IMG/VR virus record: IMGVR_UViG_3300017963_007659
Coordinates: 96,001 to 160,000 of that record
Source of the DNA: a virus
Strand: one strand, 5' to 3'
DNA length: 64,000 nt
Shown here: positions 37,501-45,719 of the stretch, piece by piece
How the letters are laid out: the number at the start of each line of letters is the position of its first letter
Position numbering within the stretch: position 1 is the stretch's first letter
Program-made: the position numbers and the translations under genes
The notes under the pieces: generated by a model
The model's database searches: none
What the model saw: only the letters and a program-made list of their open reading frames with translations
What the model was told of the DNA's origin: nothing

Positions 37501-38158
37501 GGTGTGTGAGCGCACCATTGAGCTGGCTGAAGGGACTCAGACCACTGTCACCCTTGACGGAAGCTTCGTGGCGGGTGCTGCGGCTGCTCTTGTCGCCTCC
37601 TACACTGATCCTGGTGAGACCATTCTCCGAAAGGACCAGCCAGGGTTCGACCGTATCGGTGGAACGACCATCGATATTCAGTACGAGGAGAAGGAACTCA
37701 AGCTGCTTGGTGCGGCGGGTGCAAGTACCTTGAATGAGGTTGGCTCCGGTATCTACCAGTGGGTTGAGGACATCACCGTAGACACATTCGCCCAAGATAC
37801 TCAGCAGATCAACGCGATGACCCAGAAGCAATTCGTCGAGCGTTACGTCCGAAGTCGGATGGACACCTCGATTACGGGTATCGTGGCTCCGTCTGCTCAG
37901 GCGGGTGTCGCCATCGTCAAGGGCTTCCTGGTTGAGCTGCTTCGCTCACTGGCAAGTCGGGGTATCATCGGTGCGTGGACGGATGACTCTGGGAATGAGC
38001 GAGACATCGATCCTCAGAACGATGTTGAAGTATTCCGGGATGATACGGACCGAACGTTGTACCACTACAAGTTCTGGTTCAACATTCGGTACCCAATCAA
38101 GCGGACCTTCGGTCTCTACTCCGTCGACTCTCGTTCCTTCACACCGCTCGCTGCCTAG
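34598..38158 (+). CDS. Contractile tail sheath protein with large inserted domains
   Basis: N-terminal QYVLPGSYLGR; C-terminal sheath domain FVAGAAAALVAS, VKGFLVELLRSLASRGII, FWFNIRYPIKR. Confidence 0.88.
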   Translation: MADVLVTSQYVLPGSYLGRIYTPNAGTLSGDPRQPCYVGKGSRLATAANVPIRRAFLQGEVIPFPQTVPHLVTLAHPSDGDQTLATMTTQSGAVIPASKWQFQKSAPGITGYDQILLLPEAFNSTSTYTLDYQTIDRDVVDDVPFDEMRQMVRVGDYQDQDFYSEQVDYRVITSNTDPVPDPTVANATTTLFTPVQQTATGGGAPTPTVNVGATYTGQHNRHYRFEAVGLAPLTFLVDITNEGGGNNLTPDYPVGPNISGLTFPVAIAGAYDLDSQMGLTSLGVLVDLDPADPGVWAVGDVFEFNALGPSVIELDPTYDNTNQFSSVSALTAAAGNGGTGTVTLNPNTDFTGSTNKDVRIECASFAGLSPNRTALFDWQTYGADAIEKGSILVDESVAGNLINRTVADGISVDFDFGTDAGGNSANFVFAAGIITFDAGTGTFTPSMVGRQITIVGATTPANDGTFVIASYISPTQITYANALGVTEVGAGTWVVEGFFVPTSATTQGDLFTTAATAPMLYYTGKDDREYTLEVTAATSTPFTAVTGVAIAPTNTFDVATDLTTAIALHPNIRVEGSTGNDNLYTVQSTSYDSGTDTTTITTVENVPNAVADGNLWYGTGAASIFWSTATPEGGFGTLSLLDNDTASPLADEIKFYVRNSGNPLLRSDAQNQRNVIADVWTFTVTNEDEISWTLAARETETIAVADLRQDTTGSITGASGGVPGTRYLILEQTPTIQPLRVWTTNPTTSVTTELTVATTPPYVAGSDAYWITGTPYIFFPTTPTEPVSVTYQHRALEPDPGQVYYITSYYLRPLNFYNNPIRLLNEDEAISVLGPMDPENDLLIMALVALVDCNAFAVWVTQVRDTDDDGVYTTYDYNTAIEATELNDQLTDITVLQNFDSLSKLKTSVIQMNDPFERKQRLCWVGAPIGTEIGDTDTPDTLVYLAKRTLQVYGESPAHGAFILVGNTVCERTIELAEGTQTTVTLDGSFVAGAAAALVASYTDPGETILRKDQPGFDRIGGTTIDIQYEEKELKLLGAAGASTLNEVGSGIYQWVEDITVDTFAQDTQQINAMTQKQFVERYVRSRMDTSITGIVAPSAQAGVAIVKGFLVELLRSLASRGIIGAWTDDSGNERDIDPQNDVEVFRDDTDRTLYHYKFWFNIRYPIKRTFGLYSVDSRSFTPLAA

Positions 38159-38316
38159 TCCGTATCCTTATCCTCTTCTTCCACTTTTCTAACAGGCATA
38201 AGAGTCCTGCAAACCCCATCTGGAGGGCTCTGCAAGTAATCCATGATTACGTCCGCACAGAGTAGCGCTATGTACTCCGTGGACACCTTGTCGCGCTCTT
38301 CTTCGTCTGTACTCAT
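38155..38316 (-). CDS. Small hypothetical protein
   Basis: CAGTCAAAGAG motif just upstream of MSTDEEE. Confidence 0.45.
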   Translation of the reverse strand: MSTDEEERDKVSTEYIALLCADVIMDYLQSPPDGVCRTLMPVRKVEEEDKDTD

Positions 38317-38386
38317 GCTTCTCTTTGACTGTTTCATTTTAGGCGCTTCCCTTGGGTTACTCTATACATAGGAGTCTTTCCCTTCG

Positions 38387-38716
38387 ATGGATAGAAAAAC
38401 AGCAACCATCCTCACGAATCTTGAAGAGCAGGGCTTCAAGAATGAAGCTGACCTGCTTCTCCGTGCCTCCTTAAAGAAGGTAGCGGAATCTATGCCTCTC
38501 TTCCAGCCTCACCAGAAAGTATCCTTGGTGTACCACAATCGTCAGGAAGCTCTGGCGGGTGTAGTGGTTGGAATAGATGAGCGCACCATCACCGTCGCGT
38601 CGTCAACGGAGACGCATGAGTATCGATGGACAGGAGAGATCTTCGAGGATCTGGATGCGAGTAGTACTCTGTCGATTCCTGTAGCAATCCTCCCAGAGTA
38701 TAACGGAGACGAATAG
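38387..38716 (+). CDS. Hypothetical virion-associated protein
   Basis: AGGAG RBS, GGTTACT motif; N-terminal ILTNLEEQGFKNEADLLL. Confidence 0.65.
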   Translation: MDRKTATILTNLEEQGFKNEADLLLRASLKKVAESMPLFQPHQKVSLVYHNRQEALAGVVVGIDERTITVASSTETHEYRWTGEIFEDLDASSTLSIPVAILPEYNGDE

Positions 38717-40450
38717 ATGTCTGCACTTTTGACCAAAAAAGACCTTCGTGAAGCCGCCGTCCTCCTGGACACTCTTGACGTCGTTTTGGATATCGACCAG
38801 TCCTCCTGTGAAAAGAACGCTGCGGCTGTTTCCGAATTCGCCTTCACTGGACTTGTCAAGAAGTTCCCTGGACTTTGTGACAACATCGACAGGTCCGTAG
38901 AGGAGATCGACGCGGAGATCAAGAAGTTCGAGCGTCTCCGGGACAAATGGAAGAATGCAAAGGTGCAGGGAGCGCGTGCTGTGCTCCATGCTACCGCCGT
39001 AGCTATCGTCGGCTATGTGTTCGGTGATATTGGAAAAGCTGGAATAGCAGCCGCCGTCTCCTTGGTCAGTGAAGGGGTCATCGCTCTATTCTTGAGGGCT
39101 CTGGTTGCCATGAAGAAGCGCAAGAAGCGCAAGGCTATCGATGAGTTCGACCCCAAGATGGTGACAGCTTGTGAGAAGGCCAAGAAGCAGAAGGCCAAGG
39201 ATGTGGAGAAGACCTTGACGGAGATAGCGGAGAAGGAAGCTGGAGCCAAAGCCCCGTCTGTGATGGAGTTGGTGGCTACGTTTGATACTATCTCCGTGCT
39301 CTGTGAGACCCTTGACAACGAGAAGGTTGCTGGTACTGATGCTGAGCGGGAGATCCGTGAGAAGATCGCTGATTGGTCTGATGTGGCGTTTCGAGTAGCT
39401 ATTCTGAGAGCCCCCAACCTATGCACTTATGTAGGTGCCCCTCCTGAAGCTATCTCTAAAGAGATCAAGAATATCAACAGGATATTGAAGAAAACTAAGA
39501 GAGAGATGCTTCACAATCCCCTAACTGTAAGTGCTACAGGAGGCATTCTGGGGATATCTCTGATATCCGCGCTCTTCGGAGGTCCCGGTGCTTTGGTTCC
39601 GGGTGCGGTGACCCTAGGACTGATGTGGGCTGCTATTGGTGCTACTTACCTCTATCTCAAAGCTCTTACCGCTCTCTACAAGATGACACTTCGTGGTGTT
39701 ATGGATGACGAGAGGGTGCAACAAATCAAAGAGATCTGTGGGAAACATTATCCTGAGAAGCTACGTCGTGAATGGGTTGACCGACATGCGAAGGATGCAC
39801 CTCCAGAAGAAGGCTCTTTCCCAAAGAAAGCTGAAGCACATCCCCCCTTGCATATAGCTACGATGCTTGAAGCGGACCTCGACGAGATGGAGACTTCTAT
39901 CGAGCGTCTCTACCTCCTAGCCGAAGAGTTGGACGCAGCGAACTTCAAGGATGCTGCCATCCGTGACAAGGTGATTGAGAAGTGGGCCAAGCAGTGGGCC
40001 AAGCTCGTCACCAAGGCTCCAGGGCTCTGTCGATACCTCAACATGTCTCAGTACGGTTTGAAGGTCGTCATCGACCGTGTTGAGAAAGAGTCCGAGTTGG
40101 TGAAGAAGTACTGGAAGGGACGCAACGCTGACGCTGCCAAGGGTGCTGCTATCGCCATCTTCGCGCGAGTGAAGGGTTTCCCTCCTGGCTCCGAGATCAT
40201 CGCTCAGTTTGCTCTTCCTGTCGTAGAGAAGCTCATCGTGCTGTACTTGAAGGGATTGTGGCTGCTCCACAAGTTCATGAGGAAGCAAGCAGTCCCTGTC
40301 ATGCTCTACGAAGCCTTCGATTTGGCCTGTAAGACGGTGTATCCAATGAAGACACCTTCGGAAAAGGTTATTTTGAAAGAGGAAAAAGAGTATCAAACTC
40401 GACTTGAGAATGGAACTGCTGCTCCGGGGCTCCCGGCAGTCAAAATATAG
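38717..40450 (+). CDS. Protein with three internal repeats, each with a hydrophobic segment
   Basis: LVKKFPGLC / ILRAPNLC / LVTKAPGLC and ALFLRAL / YLYLKAL / VLYLKGL. Confidence 0.75.
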   Translation: MSALLTKKDLREAAVLLDTLDVVLDIDQSSCEKNAAAVSEFAFTGLVKKFPGLCDNIDRSVEEIDAEIKKFERLRDKWKNAKVQGARAVLHATAVAIVGYVFGDIGKAGIAAAVSLVSEGVIALFLRALVAMKKRKKRKAIDEFDPKMVTACEKAKKQKAKDVEKTLTEIAEKEAGAKAPSVMELVATFDTISVLCETLDNEKVAGTDAEREIREKIADWSDVAFRVAILRAPNLCTYVGAPPEAISKEIKNINRILKKTKREMLHNPLTVSATGGILGISLISALFGGPGALVPGAVTLGLMWAAIGATYLYLKALTALYKMTLRGVMDDERVQQIKEICGKHYPEKLRREWVDRHAKDAPPEEGSFPKKAEAHPPLHIATMLEADLDEMETSIERLYLLAEELDAANFKDAAIRDKVIEKWAKQWAKLVTKAPGLCRYLNMSQYGLKVVIDRVEKESELVKKYWKGRNADAAKGAAIAIFARVKGFPPGSEIIAQFALPVVEKLIVLYLKGLWLLHKFMRKQAVPVMLYEAFDLACKTVYPMKTPSEKVILKEEKEYQTRLENGTAAPGLPAVKI

Positions 40451-40505
40451 GCTTGAGTTGCTTTGTCCCTTGGTGGAATAAAGCTAGCGATAACGAGGAT
40501 TTAAC

Positions 40506-41024
40506 ATGTCTTCAATTTCTCCCTACGGCGGCAACGTACATGGCGTGCGCGCCACCCCGTTGGATCTCGACGCCACAGGTGCGCCAACAATCAAAACCTA
40601 CCATGGTGTGACCATCAGTGTCGATGGGAAGATTGTTGGACGTATCACTACGTGGAATCCGAACCCCTACACCCGTGAAGGCATGCATGTCTACGAAGTG
40701 AGCCACATCACGTGGGGTAAGCCAGTGGACTACGTTCCTGGCAAGGGTGGCGATTGGACCATCTCTTGTGGTCGAACCGAGGTTTGGAACCAAGAGCTTG
40801 AAATCGCTCTCGGTTTCCCGTCGGTCTGGTCTGACCTCACTGAGCAGGACCGTCCGTTCACGGCGCAAGAGTATTGGTACCGTGGAACAACCATCTATCG
40901 AGTATGGAACTACTCTGGTTGCTGGTTCCAAGATCGTTCTGAAGATGGTGTGGAGAACGAAGGTGACGCCATCGTTCGCACCAACCCGACGATCGCTTTC
41001 GTCTCCAGAACCATGGTGATCTAA
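40506..41024 (+). CDS. Tail tube protein
   Basis: 172 aa beta-rich (GVTISVDGKIVGRI, VYEV, DYVPG, WNYSGCWF) near the sheath; GAGG RBS. Confidence 0.75.
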   Translation: MSSISPYGGNVHGVRATPLDLDATGAPTIKTYHGVTISVDGKIVGRITTWNPNPYTREGMHVYEVSHITWGKPVDYVPGKGGDWTISCGRTEVWNQELEIALGFPSVWSDLTEQDRPFTAQEYWYRGTTIYRVWNYSGCWFQDRSEDGVENEGDAIVRTNPTIAFVSRTMVI

Positions 41025-41037
41025 CCCTATCCATCGT

Positions 41038-42801
41038 ATGTCGACACAAGAACAACAGAGGTCGGCGCGGTCTATCCGCCAACTACTTGATCAGAAGCCC
41101 AACTACGGTCGAGACGACCCTCGCTTTTGGAGGGAGAAGATCGATCGTTGGGAGCGGGGGAAGGACCGCGATCGTCGACAGATGGATACGCAGCAACGGG
41201 GCGAGCAGCCCCTGACGCTCAAGCCAACCTCCTTTTGGCAAGCTCCTCAGTCCTTCTGGCAGGGGCCACAGTCTTTCTGGCAGGAGCCTGAACCGCTCAA
41301 AGACGCTCTGATTGCCGAGATCGTCAAGCCTCTTGAAGCCGAGATTCGGCATGTTGTTCGGAGCAAGCTGGAAGCTCTCTGGGCAGTCAAGAAGGTTCGA
41401 CAGCAGCAACAGAATGTCGGAAATATCAAATGGTTCTTTCAAAAGATCCAACGGCAGTTCGAGGACAAGGTAATCAAACTAGGGGACTACCTCCGAATCT
41501 TGAAGGCATTCTACGCACTCTTGAAGCTCCTTGACGAACGACGCGCCAAGAACAAGGCGAAGAAAGACCTAGAGCAGAAAGAGTGGTACGAGCAGCAAGA
41601 GGAGAAAAAGCGTCAAGAGAAGGAGAAGTTCACTCTTGGCTCTTCTTTCTCCCAAGAGCGCGCTTGGATTGCCAAGGAAGTCTCTGCGCTAGCTGTTTTC
41701 AAGGCGAAGGGCGACGAAGGTCTCGCTGACCAGTTCCTACAAGAAACAGGTATGGGCTCTCTTGACGAGATTGAGCTAATGCCTGGTTTGAAGATCAAGG
41801 TCAAGGATGATGGTGGAGACGACGGTGGTGGTCCGGACGATTCAGGTCCCGATACTACAGATGACTCCTCTTCCTCCGATTCTGAGACCAAGAAGAAGAA
41901 GGATAAGCCGAAAACCCCCCAAGAAGAAAAGTCTTCTAGGAAGTGGATGGCTCTCTCTGCCAAATTGAGGGCAGAAGCTACAGGGTTAGATAAGAAGGAA
42001 GCCCGACGAATCATGAAGGAATTCGGCAAGGCTGTCGCTGCGGGAGATGAGAACGAAGCGCGTAAGTCACTCTCGAAGGCGAAAAATTCAACTGAGATTT
42101 GGAAATGGGCCAAAGGTATGTTTTTCAAGAAGTCGGCCCGAGGAGCAATCATGAGCGACCCTAAAGAAATCATGGCAATGGTCAAGGACCTGGACGAAGT
42201 TGCTGAAAGCCTCGAAGCCTCTGGTGCCGATGAAGCTCTCATCGAAACGATCGACAAACAGGCGGCAAAGCTCCAGGCGTACTACGGCATGGAAGAGACG
42301 ATGTACGATGACGACGAAGACATCGTAGACGACTCGGAAGAGCTGGCGCTGGACTATCAGCAGGCTCCTCCGATGCAAGCTCCGATGCAGCAGCCTCCAA
42401 TGCCTCGGCAGCCCCCAATGGGTGGTCCGATGGATCCCGGCTGTCAGCAAGCTCCGATGCTTGAAGACCAGACGACCATTCCGAATCCCGGTTTGCCGAC
42501 GCCGACTCTTCCGGATCAGACCACGCTCATGAACCCGCGTCTGCCTGCTCCAGGTATCCCAGGTCCGACCAACTCGACCATGCCTGTCCCGCAGTCTTCT
42601 GTCCCGATGGAAGAAGACGTGGCACTCGACGACGTCGTATATGACGATGATGATGACGCCTATGGCGACGACGAGATCATGGACTACGAGTCTGATATGG
42701 TCTTCGCCGATGTCGTAGCTTCTGTCTCCAGTAAGTTGGACGAGCGTGGCGCTACCGAGCTGGCGGCTGAGGTTCGTTCCCTGCTGAATGAGACTGAGTA
42801 G
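41038..42801 (+). CDS. Low-complexity, probably virion-internal protein
   Basis: Basic N-half, acidic and Pro/Gln/Met-rich C-half, terminal KLDERGATELAAEV motif. Confidence 0.65.
   Translation: MSTQEQQRSARSIRQLLDQKPNYGRDDPRFWREKIDRWERGKDRDRRQMDTQQRGEQPLTLKPTSFWQAPQSFWQGPQSFWQEPEPLKDALIAEIVKPLEAEIRHVVRSKLEALWAVKKVRQQQQNVGNIKWFFQKIQRQFEDKVIKLGDYLRILKAFYALLKLLDERRAKNKAKKDLEQKEWYEQQEEKKRQEKEKFTLGSSFSQERAWIAKEVSALAVFKAKGDEGLADQFLQETGMGSLDEIELMPGLKIKVKDDGGDDGGGPDDSGPDTTDDSSSSDSETKKKKDKPKTPQEEKSSRKWMALSAKLRAEATGLDKKEARRIMKEFGKAVAAGDENEARKSLSKAKNSTEIWKWAKGMFFKKSARGAIMSDPKEIMAMVKDLDEVAESLEASGADEALIETIDKQAAKLQAYYGMEETMYDDDEDIVDDSEELALDYQQAPPMQAPMQQPPMPRQPPMGGPMDPGCQQAPMLEDQTTIPNPGLPTPTLPDQTTLMNPRLPAPGIPGPTNSTMPVPQSSVPMEEDVALDDVVYDDDDDAYGDDEIMDYESDMVFADVVASVSSKLDERGATELAAEVRSLLNETE
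41230..41292 (+). repeat. 3 x 21-bp in-frame tandem repeat (SFWQxPQ/E)
   Basis: TCCTTTTGGCAAGCTCCTCAG / TCCTTCTGGCAGGGGCCACAG / TCTTTCTGGCAGGAGCCTGAA. Confidence 0.9.
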
Positions 42802-42841
42802 CATACTTCCAACTCAACCTAGTCAATAAAGACTAGGAGGA

Positions 42842-43321
42842 ATGGACTGTATGGGCACTACGACGCCACTGCATAGTCAGGACTCAAGCCCATGGAAGCT
42901 GTTCGAGTTCTACGCACGACGCTTCCAGACCTTTTCGTCGCAGCTCGCTGCATTTCAGCGTGCCCTTATTGTTGTGTTCACAGAAGGCTCCTCTGAATCT
43001 CTGAACTACCCTCTCCATCGCAGTCAGGTGGTGGAGATGACTACCTTCTGGACCTCCAGCCAAGAAACCCTCATTGAGCTATTTTTGGATGTCCCTGCAA
43101 ACAAACGACGACTTCTGTCCAAATACGTCGATACCCTTACGAGAAACCTCCCTCTCATCGATGAGAAAAGCTGCGCGCTTCAGCAGAATCAAGGGGAGTT
43201 GTCCGTGCTCATGAAGGATGCACAGAAAGCATTCACAAGAGTTTCTGCAAAGTTAGAAGAGCGTGCTCGCTGGTATCGAGTACACCCCATCTTGAAGAGC
43301 CACGCAGAGACAAGCGAATAG
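42842..43321 (+). CDS. Hypothetical helical protein
   Basis: AGGAGG RBS. Confidence 0.65.
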   Translation: MDCMGTTTPLHSQDSSPWKLFEFYARRFQTFSSQLAAFQRALIVVFTEGSSESLNYPLHRSQVVEMTTFWTSSQETLIELFLDVPANKRRLLSKYVDTLTRNLPLIDEKSCALQQNQGELSVLMKDAQKAFTRVSAKLEERARWYRVHPILKSHAETSE

Positions 43322-43386
43322 CCCGATCAGGGGGTTATCTTCTTCCAGTACCGTTGAGAAGCTCATACTTGTAGGAGAACTTAGTC

Positions 43387-44151
43387 ATGTCAACTACTCC
43401 ACGTAAACCTACTCTTGCCCCCAAAACGGAGAACCTTGGTGGTCGCTCCGCTACAAGAGTCGATTTGAACGAGATGGCTGAAGAGGAGCTGGAGAGCACC
43501 AATCAAACTGGTGTAGCCCCTACTTTGGGACCGAATCCTCCACAACCACAAAACTTCGTTCCGTCAGAGCAGCACCTTTCCGACGAAGCGGCTCCAGAAG
43601 CAGCTCCCGAACCTCCCGTTGTCGGCGCTGATCGCCCCTACGCTCCGGAGCAGCAAGCTCAGAACGTCTTGAAGATGCTCAAAGAGAAGCTGGGAGTTCG
43701 GCGCGTTGAGCCTATCGATGTGAATGTGGGCGGCATGCGCTTCACCATGGTCAAGCTCTCCGATCGTGATGCGGAGTGGGCAGTCAGCAACTCCGATGAG
43801 AACACCGCGCACAGAGGTGCCTCTGTCTCCTCTCTCCGCACGTCTATCGTTGCGATGTCGGTGCGCGCTATCGAGGGTATCCCTCTCTATCAGGTTCTGG
43901 ACATCCAGCTTCCTGAAGACCAAAGAGGGAAGGCATTGGAAATCGCTGACCAGCTCTATCCTCCTGTAGCCGTGCGCTTCGCTGCGGCTGCGAAGTACCT
44001 GAACATGCTTCGAGATGAAGTAGACGATAGTGTCTGCCCTGCATTGTATGACATCTACAACGTTCAAATCGAGGAAAAGCATGCGGTCAAAGTGGAGATG
44101 GACGCCCCTTTCTCCGAGACGCCTTCAGAGAAGGAAGAGACCCAGAGCTAG
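43387..44151 (+). CDS. Tail assembly chaperone (G-like)
   Basis: Follows the tube gene; ends just after slippery site C CCT TTC. Confidence 0.7.
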   Translation: MSTTPRKPTLAPKTENLGGRSATRVDLNEMAEEELESTNQTGVAPTLGPNPPQPQNFVPSEQHLSDEAAPEAAPEPPVVGADRPYAPEQQAQNVLKMLKEKLGVRRVEPIDVNVGGMRFTMVKLSDRDAEWAVSNSDENTAHRGASVSSLRTSIVAMSVRAIEGIPLYQVLDIQLPEDQRGKALEIADQLYPPVAVRFAAAAKYLNMLRDEVDDSVCPALYDIYNVQIEEKHAVKVEMDAPFSETPSEKEETQS

Positions 44152-44600
44152 ACCAGCTCGGTTGGGTTCTCGCGAAGTGTAAGGTTCTGCCTACGGACCC
44201 TGCTGTCCGTAAGATGGACCCAATCACTACGCTGTGGTACTCCATGTGGTTGCATCGTGTAGATGAAGAGAATCGTCGCTGGTGGGACGATACTCTCGGT
44301 ACCCGATGGGACAGAGAGTACTTCGACAGCCTAGCGAGAGGCGGTGGAGACGGGGAGCGTCCGGACTCAGTTCGTGTCCCCATAACACTGGCGCTAGCTC
44401 AAGTCGACTTCCTCAAGGAGGTCAAGAAGATTCTCGGTACGGCTGCTGCGGACATGCCTGGAGGCATTCCGAGTGGGTTGGAAGACAGTCCTGTAGTCGA
44501 GATCGGCAATTGGCCGAAGAATGACTTCCTGGCTCTCATCAGTGGTGCAGGTCTCCTTCCTGAGCACCTCGACCCCAAGACCAAGCCCAAGAAGAAGTAG
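44106..44600 (+). CDS. -1 frameshift extension of the tail chaperone (GT-like)
   Basis: The -1 frame is open from the CCCTTTC heptamer (44106-44112): PFLRDAFREGRDPELDQLGWVLAKCKVLPTDPAVRKMDPITTLWY. Confidence 0.75.
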   Translation, partial: PFLRDAFREGRDPELDQLGWVLAKCKVLPTDPAVRKMDPITTLWYSMWLHRVDEENRRWWDDTLGTRWDREYFDSLARGGGDGERPDSVRVPITLALAQVDFLKEVKKILGTAAADMPGGIPSGLEDSPVVEIGNWPKNDFLALISGAGLLPEHLDPKTKPKKK

Positions 44601-44623
44601 TCAAAGTAGACAGAGGAGGACAG

Positions 44624-44860
44624 ATGCACTACGATGACGAGAAACGTCTTGGCGCGGATCTCACTACAAGAATCGCCAAGGCGGCGCAGCAGTTCTACCC
44701 CTCTGGCATTGTAGTCCCTGATGGTCAAGTAGCGCATATGCGCAATCTACAAGACTTCATGGGGAAGTTGGGGGAGTCAAAGCAAGACCCTCTCATCGGT
44801 TGGTACCAAGGGCTCCCTGTATACCGGTCTCTCGGGAGAGACGAACTCCTCATCTTCTGA
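44624..44860 (+). CDS. Hypothetical protein
   Basis: GAGGAGG RBS, TAGTCAAAGTA upstream. Confidence 0.7.
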   Translation: MHYDDEKRLGADLTTRIAKAAQQFYPSGIVVPDGQVAHMRNLQDFMGKLGESKQDPLIGWYQGLPVYRSLGRDELLIF

Positions 44861-44874
44861 GTCCCAAAAACCTC

Positions 44875-44905
44875 TTGACATAAGCTCAAAATTCTGGTCA
44901 AAGTA
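44875..44905 (+). promoter_or_regulatory. Hybrid promoter: TTGACA plus GTCAAAGTA at the -10 position
   Basis: TTGACA-TAAGCTCAAAATTCTGG(17)-TCAAAGTA. Confidence 0.6.
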
Positions 44906-44956
44906 GGACATGGGCGAACGCTGTTCTCCTCAGCATGAGATGACCTATATAGTTAC

Positions 44957-45202
44957 ATGAGCGACGACATGGAGTCAGCGTTGGCCAAGCGCTACTATCT
45001 CTACGCGAAGTCCTTTGGTCTTTCCCCGACAGAAGCTCTTGCTCGTGACTCAGAAATCTTTCCTGACGACAAGATGGAAGGATTCGTTGCGTGGAACAAG
45101 ACGCAGATCTACCATTGGGCTCAAGCCAAGAACACTCATCCTGATTGGGCTGTGCTCTATCGGGAAGAGGTCTCAGCCTGGATTGAGGAGCAGCTCGAAT
45201 GA
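44957..45202 (+). CDS. Hypothetical protein
   Basis: ORF. Confidence 0.6.
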   Translation: MSDDMESALAKRYYLYAKSFGLSPTEALARDSEIFPDDKMEGFVAWNKTQIYHWAQAKNTHPDWAVLYREEVSAWIEEQLE

Positions 45203-45386
45203 AACGATTCGGTGAAGTTGACTATGAGACCCAACTGAAGAAGATAGGCTTCAAGAAAGTGATGGTCGGTTCGACGATTGCCTACACTCGCCCTGGTCTC
45301 GTCATTCCCTCGGAGCCGCCGAAGAAATAGCCAGTCTCCAGACGCCTCTCGGGACTTTCCTGGTCAAAGGTATGTAGGGAGGTCTC

Positions 45387-45719
45387 ATGGCAGACGACAA
45401 GGCAGAAGAAGTCCGAGATGCGATCAATATTCTTGTAGCTACTCTCGCCGTCACGAACTCTCTATTCGATATCGGGAAGGAGAAGACGGTCGCGTTGATT
45501 GAAGACTGCGGTCTTCTAGCTCCAGAGGAGCCTGACGTTACCTTTGCCGTATTCCAGGCTCTCCTAGGGAGGAGTAAGCTCAAGATACTTGAAGACCTTG
45601 AGCTTCTTGCCCAAAGGTTGGAAGCGGTTCCGGGGGCCATTCGAGAGGCTTGTGCGGTCTACAAGGAGCTACAAGGATTGGAGACCTCCACCGACGAGGA
45701 CGACGAGGAGACGTCATGA
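45387..45719 (+). CDS. Hypothetical protein
   Basis: GGAGG RBS. Confidence 0.7.
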   Translation: MADDKAEEVRDAINILVATLAVTNSLFDIGKEKTVALIEDCGLLAPEEPDVTFAVFQALLGRSKLKILEDLELLAQRLEAVPGAIREACAVYKELQGLETSTDEDDEETS

